A stretch of DNA of 64,000 bases from an uncultured bacterium (GTDB taxonomy: Bacteria; Patescibacteriota; Gracilibacteria; Absconditabacterales; Absconditicoccaceae): assembly GCA_903953935.1 (NCBI GenBank), contig CAJBLF010000015.1:1039-65038 (forward strand), in the 5' to 3' direction. The notes under the pieces are model-generated. The model saw only the letters and a program-made list of their open reading frames with translations, made no database searches and was not told the DNA's origin. The position numbers were made by a program, and so were the translations under genes. This document shows positions 1 through 8,808 of the stretch, in pieces (position 1 is the stretch's first letter; the number at the start of each line of letters is the position of its first letter).

Positions 1-340
1 CTACCCCGATAGAAATTCATCCGAGAATAAGCCCAACCTGTAATCCTACAATACTAAATCCTACAAAAAGGGAAAACACCACCAACACATAAAATATAAT
101 ATCTCCTATCAATGCAGAGACATTCTCAATATCTTTATTTCCTTTGACGATAAAATTTTTGGTAATCTTGCCTTTGAGATACGCTGCTAATATCTTGGAT
201 AATGACATCAAAAACAAACTTAGAACGATTGCCAAAATCACAGAAATTAGCTTCGAGACAAAAGGATTTTCATACATCCTCAATAAGAACCCTCGAAATG
301 TTTCTGTAACCGATCCTGCTGCCGCACCTAAAGTATTCAT
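1..340 (-). CDS. Mechanosensitive channel (MscS-like) membrane protein, N-terminal part; gene runs off the left edge
   Basis: ATG at 338-340. The N-terminus has several hydrophobic helices. The track ORF stops at TGA 17-19, but with TGA=Gly the frame continues (..VGLILGgISIGV) to base 1. The family call rests only on an MscS-like TM3 pattern. Confidence 0.4.
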
Positions 341-350
341 GCTATAGCGC

Positions 351-382
351 TTAAACGACTAAATGATGAAACGACTAAACGA
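351..382. repeat. Tandem 8-mer array (TTAAACGA CTAAATGA TGAAACGA CTAAACGA) just upstream of the minus-strand start codon at 340
   Basis: Read directly. The same 8-mer family recurs at 55229-55268 in front of fusA. Confidence 0.8.
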
Positions 383-743
383 TACTGTAAGCTTTTTAGT
401 CATCTTAGTAATTATAACCAGATTCGTGAAAAATGCAAATTTCCTTCGGAAATTTATGCCTCGGCATAATTCTCTCATCCAAAACTTTTACAAAATTTTG
501 GTGTTCGAAATATCCATTCTTCAACCAAAACTATTGAAACATATTTTTGGAGGAGAATGTACAAATTCCACCATATTTACCTTATTCCGGCGTTAAGATT
601 TGGAGCCGGAATCTATAACTAGAGTACTAAAGCATGGATTCTCTCTTTCAAACCTTGACACGAGCATGAGGTTACCACTGAATTGCCTTGATACTTACTA
701 CAAGATTTATAGTATAGTCGTATTTATCTTTACTCATAAAGAA

Positions 744-1850
744 ATGTGGACACTTATTATCTTATTATCACTTGTTATAGCAATTGTTGTCGTTGTACTT
801 TTTGTGTTTTTTAAAGAAGATAGTAAGGGTATGTTTAATTTTTTCAAAAAACAAGAGAAACCTTCTGACCACCATCACAAAATACATACTAAATATTTCG
901 AAGAAGGACTCGAATTGATTGAATTTCATCATAAAGAACTACAACACCTCAAAGAATCATTACACCTACATATCATAGGCATGGATGGGCTTATCAATGC
1001 TATCATGATCAACATCCTCTGTGGAGGACATGTTTTGGTGGAAGGATTTCCTGGATTGGCCAAGACAAAAACCATCCATGTTTTTTCCCAACTTCTTGGA
1101 CTAGATTTTAAAAGAATACAATTTACTCCAGATCTCCTACCCGCAGATATTCTTGGCGGAGAAATTTATAATAGCAAATCACAAGAATTTGATACCAAAA
1201 TGTGACCAATCATGGCAAACATCATCTTAGCTGATGAAATCAATAGAGCGACCCCAAAAGTACAGTCAGCACTTCTTGAAGCTATGCAGGAACATCAAGT
1301 AACAATAGGAGGAGTAACCCACAAACTTCCTGACCCATTCTTTGTATTAGCTACCCAAAATCCGATAGAACAAGAATGAACCTATCCCCTCCCTGAAGCA
1401 CAAATCGATAGATTTTTGTTTAAGGTATTGGTAAGTTATCCTAGTCTTGCAGATGAAAAGAAAATACTTGATACTATGGAAAAAGAAGATCTGACAAAAA
1501 TAAAGAGTGTAATTTCTCACAGCGAATTAGCAGCGATTAAAAAAACGATCGATGACGTAATTATCTCTGATGAGATTAAACATTATATCACAAAACTCAC
1601 AAGTATCACCAGAAAAGAACACGAATATATTTTATATGGAACATCACCAAGAGGTTCTATAGGATTGATGCAGGCAAGCAAAGCAGTTGCTTTAGCTGAA
1701 TGAAGAGCGTACGTAACGCATGAAGATGTTCAGAGAGTTGCATTACCCGTGTTGAGACATAGGGTCATTTTGAATTATCAGGCAAAATTGTCTGGATTGA
1801 CCGAAGATCAAGTATTGTTGAGTTTATTTGAGACGGTAAGTTTAGTATAA
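744..1850 (+). CDS. MoxR-family AAA+ ATPase with N-terminal TM helix
   Basis: Walker A GFPGLAKT, Walker B ILADEINR, [20 protein letters not shown]. Three in-frame TGA (1203, 1377, 1701) join three track ORFs. TAA at 1848. The start at ATG 744 is a choice and is uncertain. Confidence 0.8.
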
Positions 1851-1909
1851 TTTATTGTATCACATAGAAGCGGTTATAGGACATTTATTTTCTAACGAAA
1901 CAACACAAA

Positions 1910-2419
1910 ATGAAACTTCTTAATCGAAACACTCCCATCATTATGAACGCAATTGCATTTGCTAAAGTTGAATACGAAAAAAATGATCCACTTCATCGTT
2001 GGTCTCATATAGAAAATGTAATGAAAAGAGCTTCGGAAATAGTTGAGAAAATCACAATACCAGTTGATTTGGAGTTATTAAAACTTGCCATAATTTTTCA
2101 TGATATTGATTATAATTCTGAAAAAGATTTTGAAGAAAGTTACAAAAAACATCCAGACAATAGCGTTAAGATTGCAGAAAAATTTTTACATGATCATAAT
2201 TATCCTCAAGAAAGAATCGAAAAAGTAAAAGAAATTATGTTGGATCATTCTACTCCACATAGAAAAATTCGTGGTGAGGCCAAAAGTATAGAAGGCAATA
2301 TTATCTATGATGCAGACAAATCAATAGGTATAGATTGGAGCAATCCCGAACTCTATAATAAATATTTTTCTCAGCTCTATCTTGATGAAACAAAAGAAAT
2401 GGTTAAAGCGACCAAATAA
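1910..2419 (+). CDS. HD-domain phosphohydrolase
   Basis: Intact 169-aa ORF with H..IIFHDIDY, LDHS and YDADK motifs. TAA stop. Confidence 0.7.
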   Translation: MKLLNRNTPIIMNAIAFAKVEYEKNDPLHRWSHIENVMKRASEIVEKITIPVDLELLKLAIIFHDIDYNSEKDFEESYKKHPDNSVKIAEKFLHDHNYPQERIEKVKEIMLDHSTPHRKIRGEAKSIEGNIIYDADKSIGIDWSNPELYNKYFSQLYLDETKEMVKATK

Positions 2420-2487
2420 AAAAATCCATTTCGTAAGAATGTTAAAAAAACAAACATAAAACCCTTCTTTTTAATGGCCATTTTACT

Positions 2488-2525
2488 GAAAAAACTTTTT
2501 GGTAGCATCTATTGTAGCGATAATA
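2488..2525. repeat. Degenerate copy of an intergenic motif family (AAAAAACTTTTTGGTAGCATCTATTGTAGCGATAAT)
   Basis: Shares AAAAAACTTT.TGGTAGCATC with 2657-2699 and 3377-3419. Its 3' part read in reverse (ATCGCTACAATAGAT) resembles the 32-nt core motif at 55412-55443. Confidence 0.6.
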
Positions 2526-2656
2526 TAATAAGACGTTCCTCCTTTACTGAAAGGAGGTGTCCGCATAGGAGGACGGAGGATTTTGTAACTTTAGTAAAAT
2601 CTCCCACCGTTCCGGTCCCCCCTCTTTCAAATAAAGAGGGTACGTTATTTAGTATT

Positions 2657-2699
2657 TTCAAAAAACTTTCTGGTAGCATCCACTATCGAATTAAGATAC
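2657..2699 (+). repeat. 40-nt intergenic motif TTCAAAAAACTTTCTGGTAGCATCCACTATCGAATTAAGAT
   Basis: Near-identical to 3377-3419 (3 mismatches). It sits right after a hairpin (CCCTCTTT-CAAAT-AAAGAGGG) and about 107 nt upstream of the 2806 gene. Confidence 0.75.
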
Positions 2700-2805
2700 T
2701 GCACAAAAACCCATATACACAGCTATTTTTCATAAATTCAGTCTCTATTGACTTTGTCATTATTTTGTATATAGTATACTATACAAATACAAATAAAAAA
2801 TCGAT

Positions 2806-3321
2806 ATGAAAAAACAAATTTATGTGACATTTTGCATCATTGGATGCATATTGTTCCTCGCTTGGGCTGGATTCAGAACTTACCATGGCATTCAATTTGA
2901 CCGCAATTGTGATGGCTTTCTGAAACGTGCCGCCGATGCCAATACGGTTGATCTGGCAAAACAGCAACTCCAGCTTGCAGTAAATTACTGTGACGCTAAT
3001 GGATTTACTGTAAACTCCGGGTATACATCCATATGGTACAATACACCTGATGAAGAAATTGGCTTTTGGTATAAAAACCTGGAAGAATCTCTTATAGGAT
3101 TATCCAAAGTCCCACCTGATGCTAGTGAATTGGAAAAAAGCAACCAGCTGATGAAACTCCGGGAGACTCTATTAGATGACGACAGTGATGGCACTACTGT
3201 GACTTGCCCTGAAGGCATTTCCATATATCCATACAACAATGGGTATTTCTGGTGGGCTATTGTTTCGTTTATCATAGCAGCCCTATTCGGAATTCTCGCC
3301 TATCGCGAAAGTCAGTATTAA
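2806..3321 (+). CDS. Hypothetical membrane-anchored protein (N- and C-terminal TM helices)
   Basis: Intact 171-aa ORF, TAA stop, hydrophobic ends. No family recognised. Confidence 0.55.
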   Translation: MKKQIYVTFCIIGCILFLAWAGFRTYHGIQFDRNCDGFLKRAADANTVDLAKQQLQLAVNYCDANGFTVNSGYTSIWYNTPDEEIGFWYKNLEESLIGLSKVPPDASELEKSNQLMKLRETLLDDDSDGTTVTCPEGISIYPYNNGYFWWAIVSFIIAALFGILAYRESQY

Positions 3322-3344
3322 TATTAAAGCAAAATTTGCTTATT

Positions 3345-3375
3345 GGAGGACCTCATATTGAGGTTCCTTTTTTTT
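3345..3375 (+). terminator. Rho-independent terminator
   Basis: GGAGGACCTCA-TAT-TGAGGTTCC followed by a T8 run, 24 nt after the stop at 3321. Confidence 0.75.
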
Positions 3376-3376
3376 A

Positions 3377-3419
3377 TTCAAAAAACTTTCTAGTAGCGTC
3401 CACTATCGAATCAAGATCA
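3377..3419 (+). repeat. 40-nt intergenic motif, second full copy (TTCAAAAAACTTTCTAGTAGCGTCCACTATCGAATCAAGAT)
   Basis: Direct comparison with 2657-2699. It follows a terminator and points into the 3' end of the convergent GH26-like gene. Confidence 0.75.
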
Positions 3420-3454
3420 GCTTTATCAAATCTCTTATATTTTTTACTTAGCGT

Positions 3455-4687
3455 TCAATTCTTTTGGGTCTCATCAAGAAAATTGAGTTGTTCTGCGAGT
3501 CCTGTGATATAGGTCGTCGTAAAGAGATAGAGATCCTTTACCGGTTTCGCATAATCAGATGTGATTAAATATGTTTTTTTGTTGAGTGTTACACGTTTGA
3601 CATTGAATAGATAATACAAGGCATTGCTTTCGTTGGGCTGTCCTGCTTCATAAACGTCGAGAATTTTATCGTAGAATTTGTTGGAAGCGAAATCTATCAC
3701 GGACCGATCCAATTCCCCGAGCGTTCGATTCTTGAGCCCATTACTGAGATCTACATTGAAATAGATAGCTCCTGCGATTCTCGTCTCTCTGAGGAGAAAG
3801 TCTTTGAGCTGAAGTAGTCGCATGTTTTTGAGTCATGAATTGTTGGCATAGACCTCGAGTGATTTGTTGAAATTATATGCTCAGGTATAATTGACTGCAG
3901 TCGTTCCTACTTCATCTACAAAAATCGGTTTATCAAATTGTTTGAGTCTATCAAGTGTCTTTCGTCATGCAGCATTTACTATCTGATCAGGTGTCCCCCA
4001 TCGTCTGTTGCTATTTCCCTTCCCCCGATTATAAAATGTCACCCCCATAAGATCCACGTAATTATCACCTGGATAATAATCTTCGAAAGTAGCACATTTG
4101 AGTTTTTCTTTAAGATTTTGCTGACATTGAATGAATGTTGCTGTCTGAGCTGGTTTACCACCTTTAGCAGGTAAATCTCGTGCATTTACTGACATATCAA
4201 AAAGAATATTGTCTTGTTGTAATCACTCCTTTCTCGAGAGTTCTCGCACATGAATCCACGCCTTTTTGAATCGATAAGGATTGGAACTTCGCGGATATCG
4301 TCCACCATTCATTTCATGCATCGTACGAAAAATCACTCTAAGATCATTCTTTTTCACATCTTGAAAAAATTGTGTATATTGTTTATCAAACTTTCCCGCA
4401 GCGACTTCCTTTGCGCTAAACATATTTGGAGAAAGTGAAATATGATAGATCTTGTCCTCTCATAACTTACTATTGAGTCCTGACATAAGTTTCTCTACAT
4501 GTGATCCTCGTGGATCGAAAATAAACGAAACTATGGGCAGATCAAGCTTGTATTCTTTTTCTATGCGTTGAATGTTTTCGATACTATTGTCCCATGATTT
4601 CATACCAAAGAGATATGCCTCTGATTTTGCTCACCAAGAAAATATTCCTACAACGAATACTATACCTATCACTATTTTTATTTTCAT
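3455..4687 (-). CDS. Secreted glycoside hydrolase, GH26-like (mannanase/endoglucanase-like)
   Basis: One frame from ATG 4687 to TAA 3455 with six in-frame TGA. N-terminal signal/TM MKIKIVIGIVFVVGIFSW. Motifs FRTMHEMNGG, YYPGDNYVDLMGVTFYN, FVDEVGT. Confidence 0.6.
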
Positions 4688-4696
4688 ACCCATATA

Positions 4697-4746
4697 TAAT
4701 TTTAAATTCTAAATTTAAAATCCGCAATTCTCAACTCTCCACATTA
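4697..4746. repeat. 7-nt periodic array (minus-strand reading GAGAGTT GAGAATT GCGGATT TTAAATT TAGAATT TAAAATT) upstream of the GH26-like gene
   Basis: Read directly. Belongs to the GAGAATT/GAAAATT heptamer family. Confidence 0.75.
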
Positions 4747-5397
4747 TAGCTCAACAACTGTCGTTCCCTTAAATCATTTCTTTTCTCATTTACTTGTCGG
4801 CGTCATTCGGAGTCTAAACATCAGATCAGGTAATTTATCTTGTTTCTTGTATATTATATCCAACAAAGTCGTCTCTATTACTAATGATTCAGGCGTCAGG
4901 TAGATAGCATTTATTTTGCCTATGATAGGACTTATATCAAATTTTCTGTTTCCCAAATGAAATACCATGGATGAAATTGGCTTGGTAATATCTCTCGGAC
5001 TGATATCAAATGTCTCTGGCAATCTAAGATTTTGAATACTCTCTTTTTTTATTTTCTTTCACTTGGTAGTTCATCCATCCCGATAATAATCTATATGTTT
5101 TCCTCATACAGGAATTTGATGTATATCATTTACTCCATGTAATGCCCTTCTGATTCCGTCTTTGAAAATATCCTCGTATGATACCATAGTTTCTAAACTT
5201 TCCGTTGATAGCTCTTTATCTTGATATGATTCAATAGTATTTTGTTGCTGTGATATACCTCAATCCTCACTCTTGATTTGCAGCGATGGAGTCATCAACA
5301 ATACTGCCAATATATATGTGTGTAGTTTGGGCAATACAATAGACTTCTTCTCTTGTTTCTCTCAAGAGATAACATACTCACGATTTCATGCTATCAT
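4744..5397 (-). CDS. Hypothetical protein
   Basis: ATG 5397, preceded by an in-frame TAG at 5413-5415. The frame stays open through several TGA, including the track stop at 4786, to TAA 4744-4746. No family recognised. Confidence 0.45.
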
Positions 5398-5457
5398 CAG
5401 ATTTTTCTCACACTATCAAATAAAAAAAAACAACGGTTACTATTCTTTTTTTGTTTT

Positions 5458-5979
5458 TTATTTGACGAATAGACTGTATGCATTTACCAAAAAATATCCA
5501 GCCATAATGATACTCACGACAAGCTTAAGCAAACTTCATGTAACAAATCACACGAACGATCATCGTGCTGATTTTAATGCGTGGTCATGATTTTTTCCTG
5601 CATATTTTTCTCAGAGATAGGCTCATAAAAATGGTCAACCAATCAGTCATAATAATCCAAATGGTCAGAGCACAATCCCAAAGATAGGAAGTACAATAAC
5701 CGCAACAACTAATCATATATTACTTCCACGAACTCCTCGCTTGGTTCCTCAGAATTTTTTTGTTCCTCGTGATGGAATGATATAATCTAGTACAGTAAGG
5801 AATATAATGATTGCTGCTCGAACAGTAAAAAAAGTCCAACCAAAAGGATGTCCTGAAGTAAGTTGCAAGAGTATGAATGCGACATACGCTAATAATGGAC
5901 CAGGTAAAACTGGCAGTACTGATCCTATGATAGCTACGATACATAGAAGCAATCAGACAATAACTAACACGATATCCAT
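5458..5979 (-). CDS. DUF456-family small membrane protein
   Basis: ATG 5979 to TAA 5458 with about ten in-frame TGA, all inside Gly-rich TM segments (..GPFGLLgLIGgPFLgAYLgEKYAGK..ARgSFVgFVTg..). Confidence 0.55.
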
Positions 5980-6084
5980 ACTTTATAACTAACAACTAAA
6001 AACGAATAATTAACAATTATTGTGTTTTCTTGTTATAAACTATAACGATTCTGTGAAGGCTATCAAGTTTTTTGATATAGAGCA

Positions 6085-6107
6085 AAAGCCCGGAAATTCC
6101 GGGCTTT
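6085..6107. terminator. Stem-loop AAAGCCCGG-AAATT-CCGGGCTTT
   Basis: Perfect 9-bp GC-rich stem. Short U tracts on both strands. It fits as the 3' end of the minus-strand ORF-free unit. Confidence 0.55.
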
Positions 6108-6903
6108 CAATCAAATATCTTGTTTGTTTTGTGTAATGGTCTTACCATCATTGAGGCTCTGCTTCCTCTTGGCTTACAACTTCATAGACTTAGCTATGGT
6201 TATCATCAAAGAATCCTTTTCTTCTAGACAACTATTCCATGTAACGGCGAAGATTTTTATGTCCTGTGGTTGCATATCTGGCATATAGACATTAACTCAA
6301 ATCCTCAAAAGAGTCTTATTGTGCTTGAAGAAGGGCTTGATTATCGGGCCTTCTCTTCCCTTAACTATGGACCATAGATAGCCTCGCTTTCTTTTTTGCT
6401 CGTGGATACCTTTGTGTATTTCTTGTGAAGACCTTACAGGCTTCGTGGAGAACCGTCTCTCTTGCCTCCCATTTTCCGTTAACATCCACGGAAATAGCGA
6501 TTAAACCACGCCCCTGCGTTTTGTTGAGTGTCGGGGATTTTCTGAAAGAAATGGATTGTAGGGAATATGAATTTGGTTATCGGGTCCCTATACCCTTCTA
6601 CTTAAAACATAGTTTTATAGCAAATTTGAGCGTTAAACAATTGATTGAATTGATGTACATGTGTAATCGGCGGTGACCTCCCTGATGTAGGTTCGGATCG
6701 TCCGATGCAAGCGCTCTTCATGGCGCGGTTTTTTTGTTTTTTCATGGCATACAGGTTTTAGGCTGGCTCCCGTTGCGATAGTTGCGGAGCGGCCGGGCCG
6801 GTTACTTAATACAGATCGATTCGATTGACTTTCCCTTGGGGAAAGTCGGAGATGCTCTAATCATGACTTTTGTTTTAGTTAGCACTATTTTTGTTAATTG
6901 TGT
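6085..6903 (-). ncRNA. Candidate large structured RNA (about 0.8 kb), family unknown
   Basis: No credible ORF under table 11 or 25, and visibly GC-richer than the flanks. A consensus promoter lies upstream (6910-6937) and the 6085-6107 hairpin downstream. Contains many local hairpins, e.g. GACTTTCCC-TTG-GGGAAAGTC at 6825-6848. Confidence 0.3.
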
Positions 6904-6909
6904 ATCAAT

Positions 6910-6937
6910 CTTATAATTATTTTATATTAAATGTCAA
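6910..6937 (-). promoter_or_regulatory. Sigma70-like promoter, TTGACA-16 nt-TATAAG
   Basis: On the minus strand, TTGACA is at 6937-6932 and TATAAG at 6915-6910. Confidence 0.55.
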
Positions 6938-6964
6938 GTCTTTTTAATTTTATTTTAGGACAAG

Positions 6965-7315
6965 AAAAAGGAGTAGGTTGAGAGCTATGGAAACCATAGA
7001 TGAACCTGACTCCTTCATTGTTTGGCAGGTAGCTGCTATAGCAATACTGCCAGATGCGGATTTACCGCGATAATGATGATAATAAAAACCGGGCCGATTA
7101 GCGTTGCCCGTATTGCTCTTTTTCTAAGCTGCGGTCGGAACATTACAGATGGGAGCCTAATCCACCTGAACATCTGATATGGACGGCGTGCCTCGCATTG
7201 TGTTGTTCCCATTCCTCTCGTACTAGGGAACTTCATGATATGCATAATGATGCTTAGAAAAAGAATACTGATATCCAAGATGCCAAAGAACAATGAGAAT
7301 TTTGCTACCTAGGAT
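6965..7315 (-). ncRNA. Candidate structured RNA (about 300-350 nt) with a sarcin-ricin-loop-like hairpin; family unknown
   Basis: ORF-free and GC-richer than the flanks. Ends in a long hairpin (6970-7013) followed by TTTTTCTTG on the minus strand. The 5' end is not defined. Confidence 0.3.
7205..7231 (-). other. Hairpin GUUCCC-UAGUACGAGAGGAAU-GGGAAC mimicking 23S rRNA helix 95 (sarcin-ricin loop)
   Basis: 15 consecutive nt (CCUAGUACGAGAGGA, 7213-7227) are identical to the E. coli 23S SRL region. The loop length is the same and is closed by a 6-bp stem. No flanking rRNA similarity. Confidence 0.5.
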
Positions 7316-7376
7316 TGGTGTGTTATATATATTTTAAGCAATAAGACAAGAGATAGTTTTTCGCGTTTATTTCGCT

Positions 7377-8657
7377 CTATAAACTTGGTACAGGAAATTT
7401 TAAACTGATCTCTCTGACTTTATTTCTCAGTTCTGCTAAGACTTCTTCATTATCTTTATTTTTGAATGCTTGATCCATATATTCAACAATTTGTTTTACC
7501 TCTTCTTCTTTCACTCCTCTAGTAGTCATCGCTGGTAGACCAATTCTCAATCCAGATGGGCGAAATGGAGGATTTGGATCGTCGGGTATAGTAGATTTTG
7601 ATGTTGAAATTCAGATTTTATCTAATGTTTTTTCTGCGACAGATCAATCTAATTCAGTACCACTAAAATCAAGAATCACCATGTGATTCTCTGTTCATCC
7701 CGTCACTAGTTTGTATCCAAGAGCCAATAACTCGGACGCTAAAACTTGTGCGTTTTTGAGGGCTTGCTCCGCATATGCTTTGAATGCTGGTGTAGCTGCT
7801 TCATGTAATGCCACAGCGATAGCGGCAATAGTATTCATGTGTGGTCATCATTGCATACCAGGGAATACTGCTCTATCGATTCTCGTAGGAATATTTTCTA
7901 TCGTATCGTCAGGTTTTTTGAGTGGATTGGAAACAACTCATTTACTAAGTATCAACGCTCCTCTGGGTCCACGAAGTGATTTGTGTGTTGTAGTCATCAT
8001 CACATGAAAACCATAATCCAATGGGTTCTTCAAAAGTCATGCAGCGATAAATCCTCCGATATGGGAAACATCAGCGAACGCAATAGCTCACACCTCCTTT
8101 GCTATTTCTACGAATTTTTCATAGTCGAGTTCTCTTGGATATGCAGAGAATCCTGCAAGAATAATTTTTGGTTTGTATTCATGCGCCAATGTACGAACTT
8201 GATCAAAATCAACGGTCCCATCAGCCTTTGTTTTGTATCTCATAAAATTAAATACTTTGGAAAAAAAGGTAACGGGTGCTCCATGAGTCAGGTGTCATCC
8301 ATGAGAAAGATCCATCCCGAGAATAGTGTCTCCAGGATTCATCAATGCAGAATATACACACAAATTTGCTGCTGCACCAGATAATGCTTGCACGTTTGCA
8401 TGGTCCGCATGAAAAATTTCTTTTGCTCTATCGATAGCGAGTTGTTCTATAGTATCAGTATTTTCTTGTCCTCCATAATATCTGCGACCGGGAAATCATT
8501 CAGAATATTTATTGGCAAAAACCGAAGATTGTGCTTCAAGCACTGCAGGAGATTGGTAATTCTCACTTGCAATAAGCTCCATCCCCTCTGACTGCCTTTT
8601 TTGTTCGGCGAGAATCGCTGTGTAAATATCATGATCTACATTTTGGATTTTTTTCAT
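7377..8657 (-). CDS. glyA: Serine hydroxymethyltransferase
   Basis: ATG 8657 to TAG 7377 in one frame. N-terminus [39 protein letters not shown] and LSHGgHLTHG, with TGA at conserved Gly positions. Confidence 0.9.
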
Positions 8658-8661
8658 TGGT

Positions 8662-8696
8662 TACAAATTAGAAATTGAAAATTAGAAATTATATAT
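8662..8696. repeat. Heptamer array TACAAAT TAGAAAT TGAAAAT TAGAAAT TATATAT next to the glyA start
   Basis: Read directly. Confidence 0.8.
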
Positions 8697-8808
8697 TAGT
8701 ATATAGATATTTGGTTTTTGCTATCAAGTAAAGATATAAAAAAACATAAATCATTGTTTATGATTTCACTACTACGTTGAATTTTTAAGAGAACTATCTT
8801 ATAGATAT

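Noticed and set aside
6680-6700. tRNA gene suggested by GGTTCGGATC (T-loop-like)
   Set aside because: No complementary T-stem, acceptor stem or anticodon arm can be drawn around it. No other T-arm-like sequence was spotted in the window by eye.
6085-6903. ORF-less class C group II intron inserted after the terminator hairpin at 6085-6107
   Set aside because: No GUGYG 5' end, no recognisable domain V (AGC triad, 2-nt bulge, GNRA loop) and no reverse transcriptase ORF were found.
6121-6910. Imperfect direct repeats (TTTGTTTTGTGTAAT at 6123-6137 and TTTGTTAATTGTGTAT at 6889-6904) as target-site duplications of an inserted element
   Set aside because: The repeats are low-complexity T/G-rich, imperfect, and could arise by chance in AT-rich spacers. 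There are no terminal inverted repeats or mobility genes.
7140-7260. 23S rRNA 3' fragment or 5S rRNA gene, based on the SRL-like 15-mer and GTTCCCAT/GGGAAC strings
   Set aside because: No other 23S segments (e.g. GCUGAAAGCAUCUAAG) and no 5S helices or loops could be aligned on either strand. Upstream sequence runs straight into glyA. Only the hairpin itself is rRNA-like.
6085-7315. RNase P RNA, tmRNA, SRP RNA or 6S RNA identity for the GC-rich locus
   Set aside because: Partial look-alikes were found (GGGAAAGTC.., GGAAGCAG, GGTTCGGATC). However, the P4 pairing partner, the tRNA-like ends and tag ORF, and the helix-8 pairing could not be built. This is unresolved rather than disproven, and a covariance-model scan is needed.
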